A DNA stretch of 64,000 nt, taken from a virus. Positions within the stretch are counted from its first letter, which is position 1, and every line of letters starts with the position of its first letter. A program made the position numbers and the translations under genes. The notes below the pieces were generated by a model, which did not search any database, was not told where the DNA came from, and worked only from the letters and a program-made list of their open reading frames with translations. Shown here piece after piece: positions 36,280 through 45,228 of this stretch. Location of the stretch: IMG/VR virus record IMGVR_UViG_3300043773_002546, positions 96,001-160,000 of that record; one strand, given 5' to 3'.

Positions 36280-36618
36280 ATGCTTGCAGACGCTAATCAT
36301 CCATTTTGGGTGTTTCTCAGCGCTTTTGGCGTGTCTTCGTTTGCCGGTTTGGCCACGTATCTTCGTTTTTCTCGTAAAATGACGCGGCTTGGCCTTTTTA
36401 GCGCCCTGTTAAATGCCGGGTGCATGGGGCTGGCAATTTCGTTGATTTGGTATCAGCATTATCGGAAAACCGAGAACGTGTATGGTCTAATTGGGATCTG
36501 CGTCCTGGCAGGAATGGGCGGCTCGACCATCACCGACATTCTTTGGTCGGTTTTGTCGGGCGCCGGTATCAAGGTCACGATCACTCACGAGGAAGACAGG
36601 AGTAAACGAGATGGTTGA
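36280..36618 (+). CDS. holin-like 3-TM protein
   Basis: SD AGGAG 36267-36271; three hydrophobic segments; LAGMGG; charged C-tail. Confidence 0.65.
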   Translation: MLADANHPFWVFLSAFGVSSFAGLATYLRFSRKMTRLGLFSALLNAGCMGLAISLIWYQHYRKTENVYGLIGICVLAGMGGSTITDILWSVLSGAGIKVTITHEEDRSKRDG

Positions 36619-36766
36619 CCGTCAACTTCGTCACACCTTGAGCGCCGCCGCCTGGGTCGGCGTGTTTTTTTGCGCGTTGGGCCTGCTTGCCTCGGCTACG
36701 GCCGTCGCCAGTCTTACCCACGCTCAATCGGCTCACGCCGCCCCGGTTGAGGTCTCTCGGCCATGA
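36611..36766 (+). CDS. small membrane protein
   Basis: ATG 36611; TM segment; ATGA overlap with next gene. Confidence 0.6.
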   Translation: MVDRQLRHTLSAAAWVGVFFCALGLLASATAVASLTHAQSAHAAPVEVSRP

Positions 36767-36975
36767 GTGTTCGTGCTTTTTTAGATCAGCAAAATAGCGC
36801 GCGCAGGTGGGCAACGCTGTGGGCAGTTTTGGCCACAATGTGTTGCGCCATTGCTCTGTGGCATTACGCAATTGCGCTTGCGACGCGCATTGAAGAACAG
36901 CGCACGCTTTTCAATTACACCTCCGACCGCACTGATTCGAATACGCTGCCTGCTGTTGTCAATACAAAATACTGA
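36763..36975 (+). CDS. small membrane protein
   Basis: TM WATLWAVLATMCCAIALW. Confidence 0.6.
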   Translation: MSVRAFLDQQNSARRWATLWAVLATMCCAIALWHYAIALATRIEEQRTLFNYTSDRTDSNTLPAVVNTKY

Positions 36976-36986
36976 ACGAGGCGGCT

Positions 36987-38105
36987 ATGGACAGTTTTTC
37001 TATTCTTGACCCGTTGGCGTGGCAGCCTGAATACCTGCAGCTGCATCCGGCGTACGCTGCCGGAAACGCCGCGGCGTGGCTCTCGAAAGCCGGATCCGCG
37101 GGCGGAACGAATCACTATCTTTCCGGCCGCCTATACGTTTCCAAAAGCGGCTGGCTGCTTCTTTCGGTGCCCAACGCTCTGGTGCGCGGCGTATTTGACG
37201 CTATGACCGCCCCTGGCGCTGAACTGCCGCTGGCAGGCACCATGAACGTTCCCGACGTTAAACCTGATTTGCTTAACGCGCACATCTCGGTGATGACGGC
37301 CGAAGAGGTTTCAGCCATTGGCGCCGACAAGATCAACGAGCGCGGGCATCACTTTCGCTACGCGCTGGGCCCGGTCAAAGAGATCACGCCCAAAAGCATC
37401 GCCGGTATCAGCCGCGTGTGGGCTATTCAGGTTGCCAGCCCCGAGCTGGCCGCGCTGCGCAAGAGCTACGGCCTGACGCCACTGCTGCACGGCGACCACC
37501 AGTTTCACATCACGGTCGCTGTCCGCCGCGCCAAGGTGCTGGGCAATAATGCCGTCAGCAAATTTGATACAGCGCCAAGCCGCGGCGAGTTAAAAGCGGC
37601 TGAAGTCAAAGACGTTCCTCACGGCGGCCAGGCCGACCACGCGCCCGACAAAAAGTTCAACGCGGAGACCCTTGCAGAGGGAGTCAAACATGAGCACGAG
37701 CACACCGACGATGGTCAAGTCGCCAAAGAAATTGCCAAGGATCATCTGCAAGAAGACCCGGCCTACTACAAAAAAGTCGAGCAAATAGAGAAGCAGTCGG
37801 CCAACCCGTATATGCAGCAGCTCAAGCGGATGTACATGTCCCACGAGCCGATTCCCTATGACAGCAACAAACCGGTCTTTGAGAACATCAGAAATCAGCT
37901 TGCCGAAGTAAAGCGTCGCGGGGACTTTATGCTTCGCGCCGAGCGGAACCAAATGCTCTACCGGTCGCAACTCGACCCGCACTACCGCAATCAGTTGGCG
38001 CTGATGGCTTACCAGGGCCGCTACCCGCAGCCCGATCGTCTGACGCGGTCTATCGAGCGGCACGGCGACGAAATCCTAAACATGTTTTCTAAAGCGAGAA
38101 AATAA
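36987..38105 (+). CDS. 2H phosphoesterase domain + DUF5661-like module + C-terminal module
   Basis: HISV (37281) and HITV (37506); GVKHEHEHTDD..AKEIAKDHLQEDPAYY. Confidence 0.75.
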   Translation: MDSFSILDPLAWQPEYLQLHPAYAAGNAAAWLSKAGSAGGTNHYLSGRLYVSKSGWLLLSVPNALVRGVFDAMTAPGAELPLAGTMNVPDVKPDLLNAHISVMTAEEVSAIGADKINERGHHFRYALGPVKEITPKSIAGISRVWAIQVASPELAALRKSYGLTPLLHGDHQFHITVAVRRAKVLGNNAVSKFDTAPSRGELKAAEVKDVPHGGQADHAPDKKFNAETLAEGVKHEHEHTDDGQVAKEIAKDHLQEDPAYYKKVEQIEKQSANPYMQQLKRMYMSHEPIPYDSNKPVFENIRNQLAEVKRRGDFMLRAERNQMLYRSQLDPHYRNQLALMAYQGRYPQPDRLTRSIERHGDEILNMFSKARK

Positions 38106-38107
38106 CC

Positions 38108-38413
38108 ATGAGCGACGAAATCGGCCCCGCCGAGGGCTGGCGCAGCGGCATCTGGCCGCGGCCAAAACCCAAGCCAACACCGGCGCCTGAGCCGGGTCCA
38201 GCGCCTGCGCCAGCACCGGACGGCGGCGACGGTAAAGCTCCCGCGGCGATTGCGCGCGCCTGGTGGATTTTGCGAAACACCGATCTGCGGTCGCTGCGGG
38301 CTGTATTTACATTTGTGCCGCTGACGGTGTTTTTTGCTGTCAGCGGTCTTGTGGTCTGGACGCTTTTGACTTTGCGCGCATTAATCTGGCTTGTAAAAGC
38401 AATTGTTAACTAA
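38108..38413 (+). CDS. Pro-rich membrane protein
   Basis: PAP linker plus long C-terminal hydrophobic region. Confidence 0.7.
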   Translation: MSDEIGPAEGWRSGIWPRPKPKPTPAPEPGPAPAPAPDGGDGKAPAAIARAWWILRNTDLRSLRAVFTFVPLTVFFAVSGLVVWTLLTLRALIWLVKAIVN

Positions 38414-38459
38414 TGATTGATATCAATGTGCGGCGTAACTTTACCGAGCGGGAAAGTTC

Positions 38460-39482
38460 GTGATGTTTGACCTCCTAAAATGGCAAAATGTTCCCGAGCG
38501 GGTAAGCACGCTGTTGGCGACAGCCGAGCAGGTGCGGTCTGCCCATTTCAAAGCTGCCAGCGCCGCGGGAATTCTGCCGCTGAGCCTGGTGACCTGGGAG
38601 CCGGAAAACGGCGGCATCTCGGTTTACACGCCGCACAAACTGGCAGAGAAGACAGCCGACGCCTATGTGGCGGCCTTCCACTACCCGACTGAATCAATCA
38701 TTCTTCGCGAGTTTGCCAATCAGCAGCCGGACTGGACGAAAGAAATCGGCGTCAAACGCGGGGCCGCTATTCCGGGCGTGAAGCATCTCTTTGAGGGCGG
38801 CAACGCGCTGCTACTTGGTCCGACACCTTTGTCCAACGGCATTGTTTCAGCGTTGATGCTTGGCGGCCTGGGCTACGGTGTTGGGACCGCGGCCGAGCAC
38901 TTGTTCCCCGCGCGTTACATGCAGCGCGGTAAACTCCGCCGCACCTTGGGCATTGCTGGCGCGCTGGGCGGAGCTGGCCTGGGCGCCGCAAACGCTTACG
39001 CCAACAGCCGCGCCATGGACTCGAGCTTTCTCGAGGGCCTGATCACTAATAACAAGACGCTTCCTCCGTATCTTAAAGAGTACGAGAAGCAGAGCGCCTT
39101 TGGCTCTTTTACACACCCCGACGGCACGGGACTGTGGGCGCCAAGCGTGCCGGTTCCGCAGTTTAATTCAATGGTCTGGAACGACGTTAACAAGGGGCGG
39201 TACAGCCCCTATGGCGGCCACACGTCGCCGTCAATCGGCGCGGCGACCACGGGTTTCATGAGCGGACTAGCGACGCAAAACCGCAGCCCAATCATTTCTC
39301 CTGCGACAGTTATTAACGGCATTGCTTCGGCTGGGGTGGGGCTGGCAACGGCCAACATCGCGGGCCGAGCGCTTTCAGCGCTGGCGGGTCTAACCCCCGA
39401 AGCCCAAAACAAACTCCAGGACATGGGGCTTTACGGCGGCATGCTCCACGCGATTGTGCCGTCGATGTTCGGCGGGCGGTAG
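38460..39482 (+). CDS. Gly-rich hydrophobic putative virion protein
   Basis: Gly-zipper helices; KAAS, KTAD, KQSAFG. Confidence 0.75.
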   Translation: MMFDLLKWQNVPERVSTLLATAEQVRSAHFKAASAAGILPLSLVTWEPENGGISVYTPHKLAEKTADAYVAAFHYPTESIILREFANQQPDWTKEIGVKRGAAIPGVKHLFEGGNALLLGPTPLSNGIVSALMLGGLGYGVGTAAEHLFPARYMQRGKLRRTLGIAGALGGAGLGAANAYANSRAMDSSFLEGLITNNKTLPPYLKEYEKQSAFGSFTHPDGTGLWAPSVPVPQFNSMVWNDVNKGRYSPYGGHTSPSIGAATTGFMSGLATQNRSPIISPATVINGIASAGVGLATANIAGRALSALAGLTPEAQNKLQDMGLYGGMLHAIVPSMFGGR

Positions 39483-39543
39483 ATTGCGCAAAATGCGGGG
39501 ACATGACACAATTGACTGAGCCAAACCGGCAGGAGGTGCTTTT

Positions 39544-39912
39544 ATGGCGATGAAGAAAAGTGCGCAGACTGTGCGCGAAGAATTGCGTGTTCTTAACGCT
39601 GCCGCGGATGACGTGGCCAGCAGCAATATGAACGAGTGGCTGACGCCTGAATTTTGGGCCACGGCCGCAACGGTCGTCACCAACATGGTGGCGGTTGGTG
39701 TGCTTCTTGGCTGGGTTCGGGCGTCCGAGGCGGAAACGCTTACCACGGTCCTCACGGGCCTGGTCAGCGCTACCAGCGCCATCGTGACCAACGGCCTGGT
39801 GATCTGGAAGTTTATCGCGTCCCGGACCGCGGTGAAGGAATCGATGATCGACGCCCGCTTCCGCTACATGGAAGCGATCGCGGTTGAAAAAATTCGCGCC
39901 GAGAAAGAATGA
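39544..39912 (+). CDS. membrane protein (2 TM)
   Basis: SD AGGAGG; hydrophobic helices. Confidence 0.8.
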   Translation: MAMKKSAQTVREELRVLNAAADDVASSNMNEWLTPEFWATAATVVTNMVAVGVLLGWVRASEAETLTTVLTGLVSATSAIVTNGLVIWKFIASRTAVKESMIDARFRYMEAIAVEKIRAEKE

Positions 39913-40322
39913 GCGTGAACACGGACGATCTTCAGCATCGGATCGAATCGTCTGCGGCCTTGAAGCGCGCGGCCGGGCAACTTCGCGATGAGGTGGCTTT
40001 CCGCGCCGACAAGTCCGTGGAATTCGATCCGATGCTGATTATTATGATTGTTTCAATCATCGTGCAGCTCATTATTCACTGCCGTGAAACCAATACCAGC
40101 GACGAGGTGCGGCAGAACATCCGCGACCTCCGCGCGCTGCCGGTTAGGCGTTTGCTCCGCCTGCGGCGTAAACTAAATACGTTGTGGCGCGAGAAGTGTC
40201 GGGGCTCGGAGGTCCAGCCGGACAACCCGCTTCTGGCCGCCGTCTACGAACTCTCGGAAACCGCCGACGACGCGGCGATTGATGAAATCATGCGGCTCGC
40301 GGAGAACTCCGGCGCCGCCTAA
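39909..40322 (+). CDS. hypothetical protein with central TM
   Basis: DPMLIIMIVSIIVQLIIHC. Confidence 0.8.
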   Translation: MSVNTDDLQHRIESSAALKRAAGQLRDEVAFRADKSVEFDPMLIIMIVSIIVQLIIHCRETNTSDEVRQNIRDLRALPVRRLLRLRRKLNTLWREKCRGSEVQPDNPLLAAVYELSETADDAAIDEIMRLAENSGAA

Positions 40323-40350
40323 CAATATTACTCGCAAGGATGCGAACTAT

Positions 40351-41163
40351 ATGGCACGGACGCCACCCGCACAGCATGTCTTGCCGACGTCGGAAATTCT
40401 GCGAAAGCTACACGGCTTTGGCTACTTCGGCGACAAGACCTGGGCTCAGGTTCGCAACATCAAAGGCACCGAGCTGACGAAAGCTATTCGTGAGTACCAG
40501 CGCTTTCACGGCTTAGATCCCAACGGCCAAGTGAATCCGCAGACGGCGCACGTCTTAGAGCGCCGCCGCTGCGGTTTGCCGGATTTCAACTTTTCGGCGG
40601 GCGACCGGGTCTGCAAGTGGCCCCATCGCGACATCAAGTACTACGCCGACATCAAGCTGCCCGGAATCAGCGACGAGCAGGCCAAGCAAGCCTACGACAT
40701 CGCTTTTGCCCAATGGGCGGCCGTGTGCAACATTGAGCCCGTGCCGGTGGACTCGCACACCAAGGCGAACATCTACGCGCGCAGCGGCGTGGGTAAGAAA
40801 AACGGCTTAGACAATCGCGGCGGCACGCTTGCTTGGAGCGAGTTGCCCTGCGACGTGCACGAAAACATTCAGCTCGATCAGATGTACGACGAGGCGGAAG
40901 CGTGGAGCTTTAATATGGCCGTCGCCGTAATCTGCCACGAGGTCGGGCACGCGCTGGGGCTGCCGCATTTGGCCAACGGCAATCTTATGGCGCCCTACTA
41001 CGACCCGAACGTTACCGCGCCCCAGGAAGGCGACATCCGGGAAATTGTGGATCTTTACGGCAAGCGCAAAAAGCCGTATTCGTCGATGAAAGACTCGTCG
41101 GTGCATCTGGGCGGCACGCTTATTATCAACGGCAAACCGTACGTGCTCGTTCCGAAAACCTGA
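40351..41163 (+). CDS. matrixin-like M10 metallopeptidase with PG-binding-like prodomain
   Basis: AIREYQRFHGL..GQ; cysteine switch RRCGLPD; HEVGHALGLPH; Met-turn LMAPYY. Confidence 0.9.
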   Translation: MARTPPAQHVLPTSEILRKLHGFGYFGDKTWAQVRNIKGTELTKAIREYQRFHGLDPNGQVNPQTAHVLERRRCGLPDFNFSAGDRVCKWPHRDIKYYADIKLPGISDEQAKQAYDIAFAQWAAVCNIEPVPVDSHTKANIYARSGVGKKNGLDNRGGTLAWSELPCDVHENIQLDQMYDEAEAWSFNMAVAVICHEVGHALGLPHLANGNLMAPYYDPNVTAPQEGDIREIVDLYGKRKKPYSSMKDSSVHLGGTLIINGKPYVLVPKT

Positions 41164-41211
41164 CGTTTGCTATAATCGCCGAAAACGGCCCTTTCGAGGC
41201 ATGGAGGCGAT

Positions 41212-41499
41212 ATGACTACGTTTCAGTTAACGGCGTTGTTGCTGTTTGGCGCGACCTTGGCGGCCACGAAGCGCCTAGAGTTGACCAGCTTTGTCAACGG
41301 GCTGCTGGCAAAGCTTCGCCCCGGTGTAAAGCCTGTTCCGGCGCCTGATGCGACGGACCACGCACAGGAACTGGTGAGCGATTTGGTGCAGGTCGCCGCG
41401 CTGCGAGACCGGTTGGAGGCCGACGGGTGCAAGGACGGCGCCGAGGCCTGCACAGTGCTGTTGCGCATCCTGGTGGAATACCGTCCGAACAAGGGCTGA
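41212..41499 (+). CDS. membrane-anchored hypothetical protein
   Basis: SD GGAGG; N-terminal hydrophobic. Confidence 0.75.
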   Translation: MTTFQLTALLLFGATLAATKRLELTSFVNGLLAKLRPGVKPVPAPDATDHAQELVSDLVQVAALRDRLEADGCKDGAEACTVLLRILVEYRPNKG

Positions 41500-41503
41500 A
41501 ACC

Positions 41504-41989
41504 ATGAAGAATATCTATGTGCTCGCCGCAGGCGCGCTGTTGCTTTTTGCGCTGTTGTTTCCCAACGGCGTCAAGCTCCCGACTCCGCCCGTCACGCCCG
41601 TCACGCCCGTCACGCCCGTCACGCCCGTCGTGCCGGACGATAAACCCACGGTGCCGCCGGACGCGACGATTGTTGCCCTGTTGGTCGCGGCATCTCCGGC
41701 TGATAAGGCGCACGTCGCAGGGATCTACACGGGCCTGGGCGACGTCGTTACCCGCGACGCCGGAAAGCTTATTAAGACGACAGAGCAGTGGTCGCTCTTG
41801 CAGGCAAACGCTTTGACATTGGCGGTGGACGGCACGAAGCTCAAGGGCAAGTACCCGGGGTTGGACGCCGCCATCGAGTCTGTTTTCGAGGGCAAGCTTG
41901 GCAAAGACAAAGAAGTCGTCCTGGCCGACGAGGCGACCCGCGCCAAGATCCTCGAAGCGTGTGGCGTGATTGTGAGCAGCGTCCGGTAA
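41504..41989 (+). CDS. secreted/anchored protein with PVT linker
   Basis: Signal/anchor followed by (PVT)4. Confidence 0.8.
   Translation: MKNIYVLAAGALLLFALLFPNGVKLPTPPVTPVTPVTPVTPVVPDDKPTVPPDATIVALLVAASPADKAHVAGIYTGLGDVVTRDAGKLIKTTEQWSLLQANALTLAVDGTKLKGKYPGLDAAIESVFEGKLGKDKEVVLADEATRAKILEACGVIVSSVR
41588..41629 (+). repeat. (CCCGTCACG)4 tandem repeat
   Basis: Read directly. Confidence 0.9.
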
Positions 41990-42014
41990 TTTAATTAACA
42001 ACCGGGGTGTTAAA

Positions 42015-42461
42015 ATGGACCCTACCTTGGTTGTGATTTTTTTGTTGTATCTGCTGGCCATTGTGGCCGCGATCGCCTTTACTCAACCTGTTGTTGTTGT
42101 TGTTCCTAAACCTCTGCGCTTCGGCGCCCTGCAAATCAGGAGAAATGTTATGGCAGACGTTTTGACTTACAAGATAACCGCCGCTCCCGCGGTCGACGGC
42201 GACGTTGTAACCCGCGAATTGCGGCTGGTTATCAACGACGCTGAGCCGGTGCTTCGCGAATTCGGCCCAGCCGAGACTGATCTCGGCACGGTCGATGTGC
42301 CCCAGGATTCCAACGTGGTGCTGAAGCTGGTGGACGTAGACGACGCTGGCAACCGCTCCGAGCCCGCTGTAGTTGAGTTCTTGGCGACTGACACCCTCCC
42401 GCCGCAACAGCCGGGCCTGGGCGTCGAACTGGTCGCCGAAAAGCCGGAGGCTGATGCTTGA
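42015..42461 (+). CDS. membrane-anchored beta-rich protein
   Basis: TM N-terminus; DVDDAGNRSEP fibronectin-like end. Confidence 0.75.
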   Translation: MDPTLVVIFLLYLLAIVAAIAFTQPVVVVVPKPLRFGALQIRRNVMADVLTYKITAAPAVDGDVVTRELRLVINDAEPVLREFGPAETDLGTVDVPQDSNVVLKLVDVDDAGNRSEPAVVEFLATDTLPPQQPGLGVELVAEKPEADA

Positions 42462-42538
42462 GTTACTCCTGTTGGTAAAGGCGTGCGCGGCGGGCAGAAA
42501 TAAGCCGCCGCGCCCGCCGCCAACCTTACGAGGACGCC

Positions 42539-43564
42539 ATGGCAGACGAAAAGTTTTTTGAATCGCCGTTCGACATCGTCAAGGCTTACGAGACTGGCTT
42601 TGTCGGCGCCTACAAAGACGCCGTTGCCGAAGCCCGGCTGAAAGACGAGATCCGCGCGCAGGGCGGCATTCCCGAAGGCGCTATGGCTTGTTCGCAGTTT
42701 GGCCTGGAAGAAACCGGCAAGGACAAGCTGTCGTTGCCGGTCATGGAAGTTCTTAACCTCTATCCTGATTGTCTTCCTGGTGGCGCCCAGGGCCGTGGCG
42801 ATTGCGTAAGCTGGAATGCGCGCAACGGCGGCCTGATCACCATGTGCTGCGATATCGCGAGCAACGCGCCCGACGAGGTTAGCGGCAAGCTTGAAGGCGC
42901 TCCCGAGATCAGCGACGAGGCGCGGCTTAACGGCGTGCTTTCAACCGAGGCGATCTATAACTGGCGCCGCCACGGCGGCGACGGCTGGAACTCCGCCGAA
43001 GCCGTTGAAGTCATGATGCGGGACTCCGGCCTTTGGCTGCGAAAAAAGTACGACGAAATTCAGGTCGACTTCACGCGATACTCGGCGCGCAATGCCGGAA
43101 TCTATGGCAGCCGTACGCCGCCCAACACGTGGCGGGCAATTGGCGCTGAGCACCTGGTACGCACAGCCACGGAGCTCTCGAGCTTCGAAGAAGTTCGCGA
43201 CATGTTGGCTAACGGTTATGGCATTCTCACCGATGGCAGCGAGAGCTGGAGTGACCAGCGCGATGCCAACGGCGTGTCAAAACGCACTGCAAAGGGCTGG
43301 GCGCACGCTATGGGCCTGGGTGGCGCTGACGATCGGCCCGAGATTAAGAAACTTTACGGCGAGCCGCTGGTGTTGGTCCTGCAAAGCTGGGGCGAGTGGA
43401 ATGACGGACCGCGGACTATTTACGGCACGAACATTCTGATTCCCGTGGGCGCTTTCTGGTCGCGCTGGTCCGACTTCAAACGGCGTTACATGGTCGCGGT
43501 CTCCGGCGTAAACGGCTGGCCGCGAAAGAAGCTCGCCAGTTACGGCGCTCTGGGCAACATCTGA
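42539..43564 (+). CDS. papain-like (C1) cysteine peptidase
   Basis: QGRGDCVSW, WAHAM, QSWG. Confidence 0.8.
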   Translation: MADEKFFESPFDIVKAYETGFVGAYKDAVAEARLKDEIRAQGGIPEGAMACSQFGLEETGKDKLSLPVMEVLNLYPDCLPGGAQGRGDCVSWNARNGGLITMCCDIASNAPDEVSGKLEGAPEISDEARLNGVLSTEAIYNWRRHGGDGWNSAEAVEVMMRDSGLWLRKKYDEIQVDFTRYSARNAGIYGSRTPPNTWRAIGAEHLVRTATELSSFEEVRDMLANGYGILTDGSESWSDQRDANGVSKRTAKGWAHAMGLGGADDRPEIKKLYGEPLVLVLQSWGEWNDGPRTIYGTNILIPVGAFWSRWSDFKRRYMVAVSGVNGWPRKKLASYGALGNI

Positions 43565-43573
43565 AGGTGAATC

Positions 43574-43999
43574 ATGTTTGACATTCTGCGCGCGTGGGTT
43601 CTGTGGATCTTGTTATTGATTTCTCCGCAGCCGCAAAAGCACCTGGAGGTGCAAGATGCGCGACCAAACCAAACGTACTATGTCGGCCTGGTCGCAGCTG
43701 AGGCTGCTTATGCTACTTTGCTCCCTGGCACGCCCGACCAGCCAAAACCTGCTCCAGCGCCCGGTCCCGTCGACCCTGCCAACTGCCCCACCTGCAAAGG
43801 ACTAGGTAAGGTTCCCACGGGCGATTCCAATCATCCGTGGACGAAATGCCCAACCTGTAAAGGCGGCACCGGCGCGACAGCCGCTATTGCCGTACCGACT
43901 GCCGACCCCCAGTGCGCAACTGGCAACTGCCCGGTACAATCGCCTCCCGTTGCGGCGCCACAGTCTGTGCCGCCCGCTCACGTCATTCGGAGGCGTTAA
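43574..43999 (+). CDS. secreted protein with CxxCxGxG...CxxCxG zinc finger
   Basis: CPTCKGLG..CPTCKGG; N-terminal hydrophobic. Confidence 0.75.
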   Translation: MFDILRAWVLWILLLISPQPQKHLEVQDARPNQTYYVGLVAAEAAYATLLPGTPDQPKPAPAPGPVDPANCPTCKGLGKVPTGDSNHPWTKCPTCKGGTGATAAIAVPTADPQCATGNCPVQSPPVAAPQSVPPAHVIRRR

Positions 44000-44000
44000 C

Positions 44001-44492
44001 ATGCCGGTCGAGAATAACACGGGTAAGTGCTACAGCTATCGGGATTTGAAGTTCTACGCCAAGAACGGATTTGTCTGTCTTCACGACGAGGAGGACGGCG
44101 CGTTCTTTGTGCTCACCCGCAAGGAGTTTCTTGAGCGGGCAAAAGCACTTTCTGACGAGGCCCAGCGGTTGCGTAAGATCGCCGCGGAGAACCCGGGGCG
44201 CCCCTGGGTAGCGGCCGACCGTCTCGATCTGCAGAACGCGATTGATGACATGGTCGCGTGCACCCGTGAGGCCAAAGAGCAGGGCGACCGCAACGACCCG
44301 AAGGTCGCCGAGTGGTTTGCTCGTCACCGGCCGCATGCCCGCAGCCGCGTCTCCATGGCATCGGCGGCGAACTTTACTACGGCCAAGCCAAGTGCTTTGC
44401 CGCTGGGACAGAATACCGGCAAGCAGGTCACGCCGGACTTCAGTGTTGGCCTGAACAACCCCAAGAAACTTATTCTGCCGGGAGACTTCTGA
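44001..44492 (+). CDS. hypothetical protein
   Basis: SD GGAGG, ATG 44001. Confidence 0.8.
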   Translation: MPVENNTGKCYSYRDLKFYAKNGFVCLHDEEDGAFFVLTRKEFLERAKALSDEAQRLRKIAAENPGRPWVAADRLDLQNAIDDMVACTREAKEQGDRNDPKVAEWFARHRPHARSRVSMASAANFTTAKPSALPLGQNTGKQVTPDFSVGLNNPKKLILPGDF

Positions 44493-44493
44493 A

Positions 44494-44847
44494 ATGGCCG
44501 ACACCGAGAAAGACGCATTTAAATTAGGTTTCCTGGCGCGCTGCGCCGAGGAGGGGCTTACGGGTGACGCGCTGGACGCGCGCATCAAGAGCGCCGAAGT
44601 TCTCGTAAAAACTGGTTGGGATCTGATCCCGTCGGAGGGCCGTTACGCTGCGGGCCTGGCTGCCGGTCTGCCGATCGCTGCTGGTGTTCTCGGCGGCGGG
44701 GCTCTGGGTTACGGTTTGGCCAAGATGCAGGAGCCACCGCTGGACGAGGACGAGATCAAAGCTAACGAGATCGCCACGACCTATCGTGTGCTAGCCCAGC
44801 GGGCCAAGGCACGAAAGAAGTTGCGGCAGTACCGTCCCGGCTCGTAA
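44494..44847 (+). CDS. putative virion protein with AFKLGF..KSA..KTG module and Gly-zipper
   Basis: Motifs read in translation. Confidence 0.75.
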   Translation: MADTEKDAFKLGFLARCAEEGLTGDALDARIKSAEVLVKTGWDLIPSEGRYAAGLAAGLPIAAGVLGGGALGYGLAKMQEPPLDEDEIKANEIATTYRVLAQRAKARKKLRQYRPGS

Positions 44848-44871
44848 TCCCATAGTTGGCAAGGAGGCCAC

Positions 44872-45228
44872 GTGAGTCTGCGCAAATTTCACAGCGAAAT
44901 GGGCGGCGCCCAGCACGGCGGTGCCCGGCTGAGCTGGCCCGGCACGCCCGAGGGTTTTCCGGTCATTAACCGATCGGAGCACGCGGACCTCAAGCAGGAA
45001 GAGACCGAAAACCTCGACCTGCGGATGGATTACAAGTCCAAAATGTTCGAGCTGTGGGACGCGGCGCAGAAGGCAGAATTCGACGACATAAATGATAAGA
45101 TAGTCAACGGTTGGTACCTGTTGCAGAAGCGCAGCGACAACTGGGACGCAGAAAACAAACATTATCGCGTATGGCTGGAGTGGTGCCAGATTTACGGCAT
45201 GATTCCGCCTTCGAGGGCGCAACGATGA
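44872..45228 (+). CDS. hypothetical protein
   Basis: SD AAGGAGG, GTG 44872. Confidence 0.8.
   Translation: MSLRKFHSEMGGAQHGGARLSWPGTPEGFPVINRSEHADLKQEETENLDLRMDYKSKMFELWDAAQKAEFDDINDKIVNGWYLLQKRSDNWDAENKHYRVWLEWCQIYGMIPPSRAQR

Noticed and set aside
36235-36618. Holin/antiholin dual start (TTG 36235 versus ATG 36280)
   Set aside because: The upstream AGGAG is too close to the TTG; only ATG 36280 has proper spacing
41171-41176. Perfect TATAAT as a sigma70 promoter
   Set aside because: No recognisable -35 at the correct spacing; not supportable without TSS data
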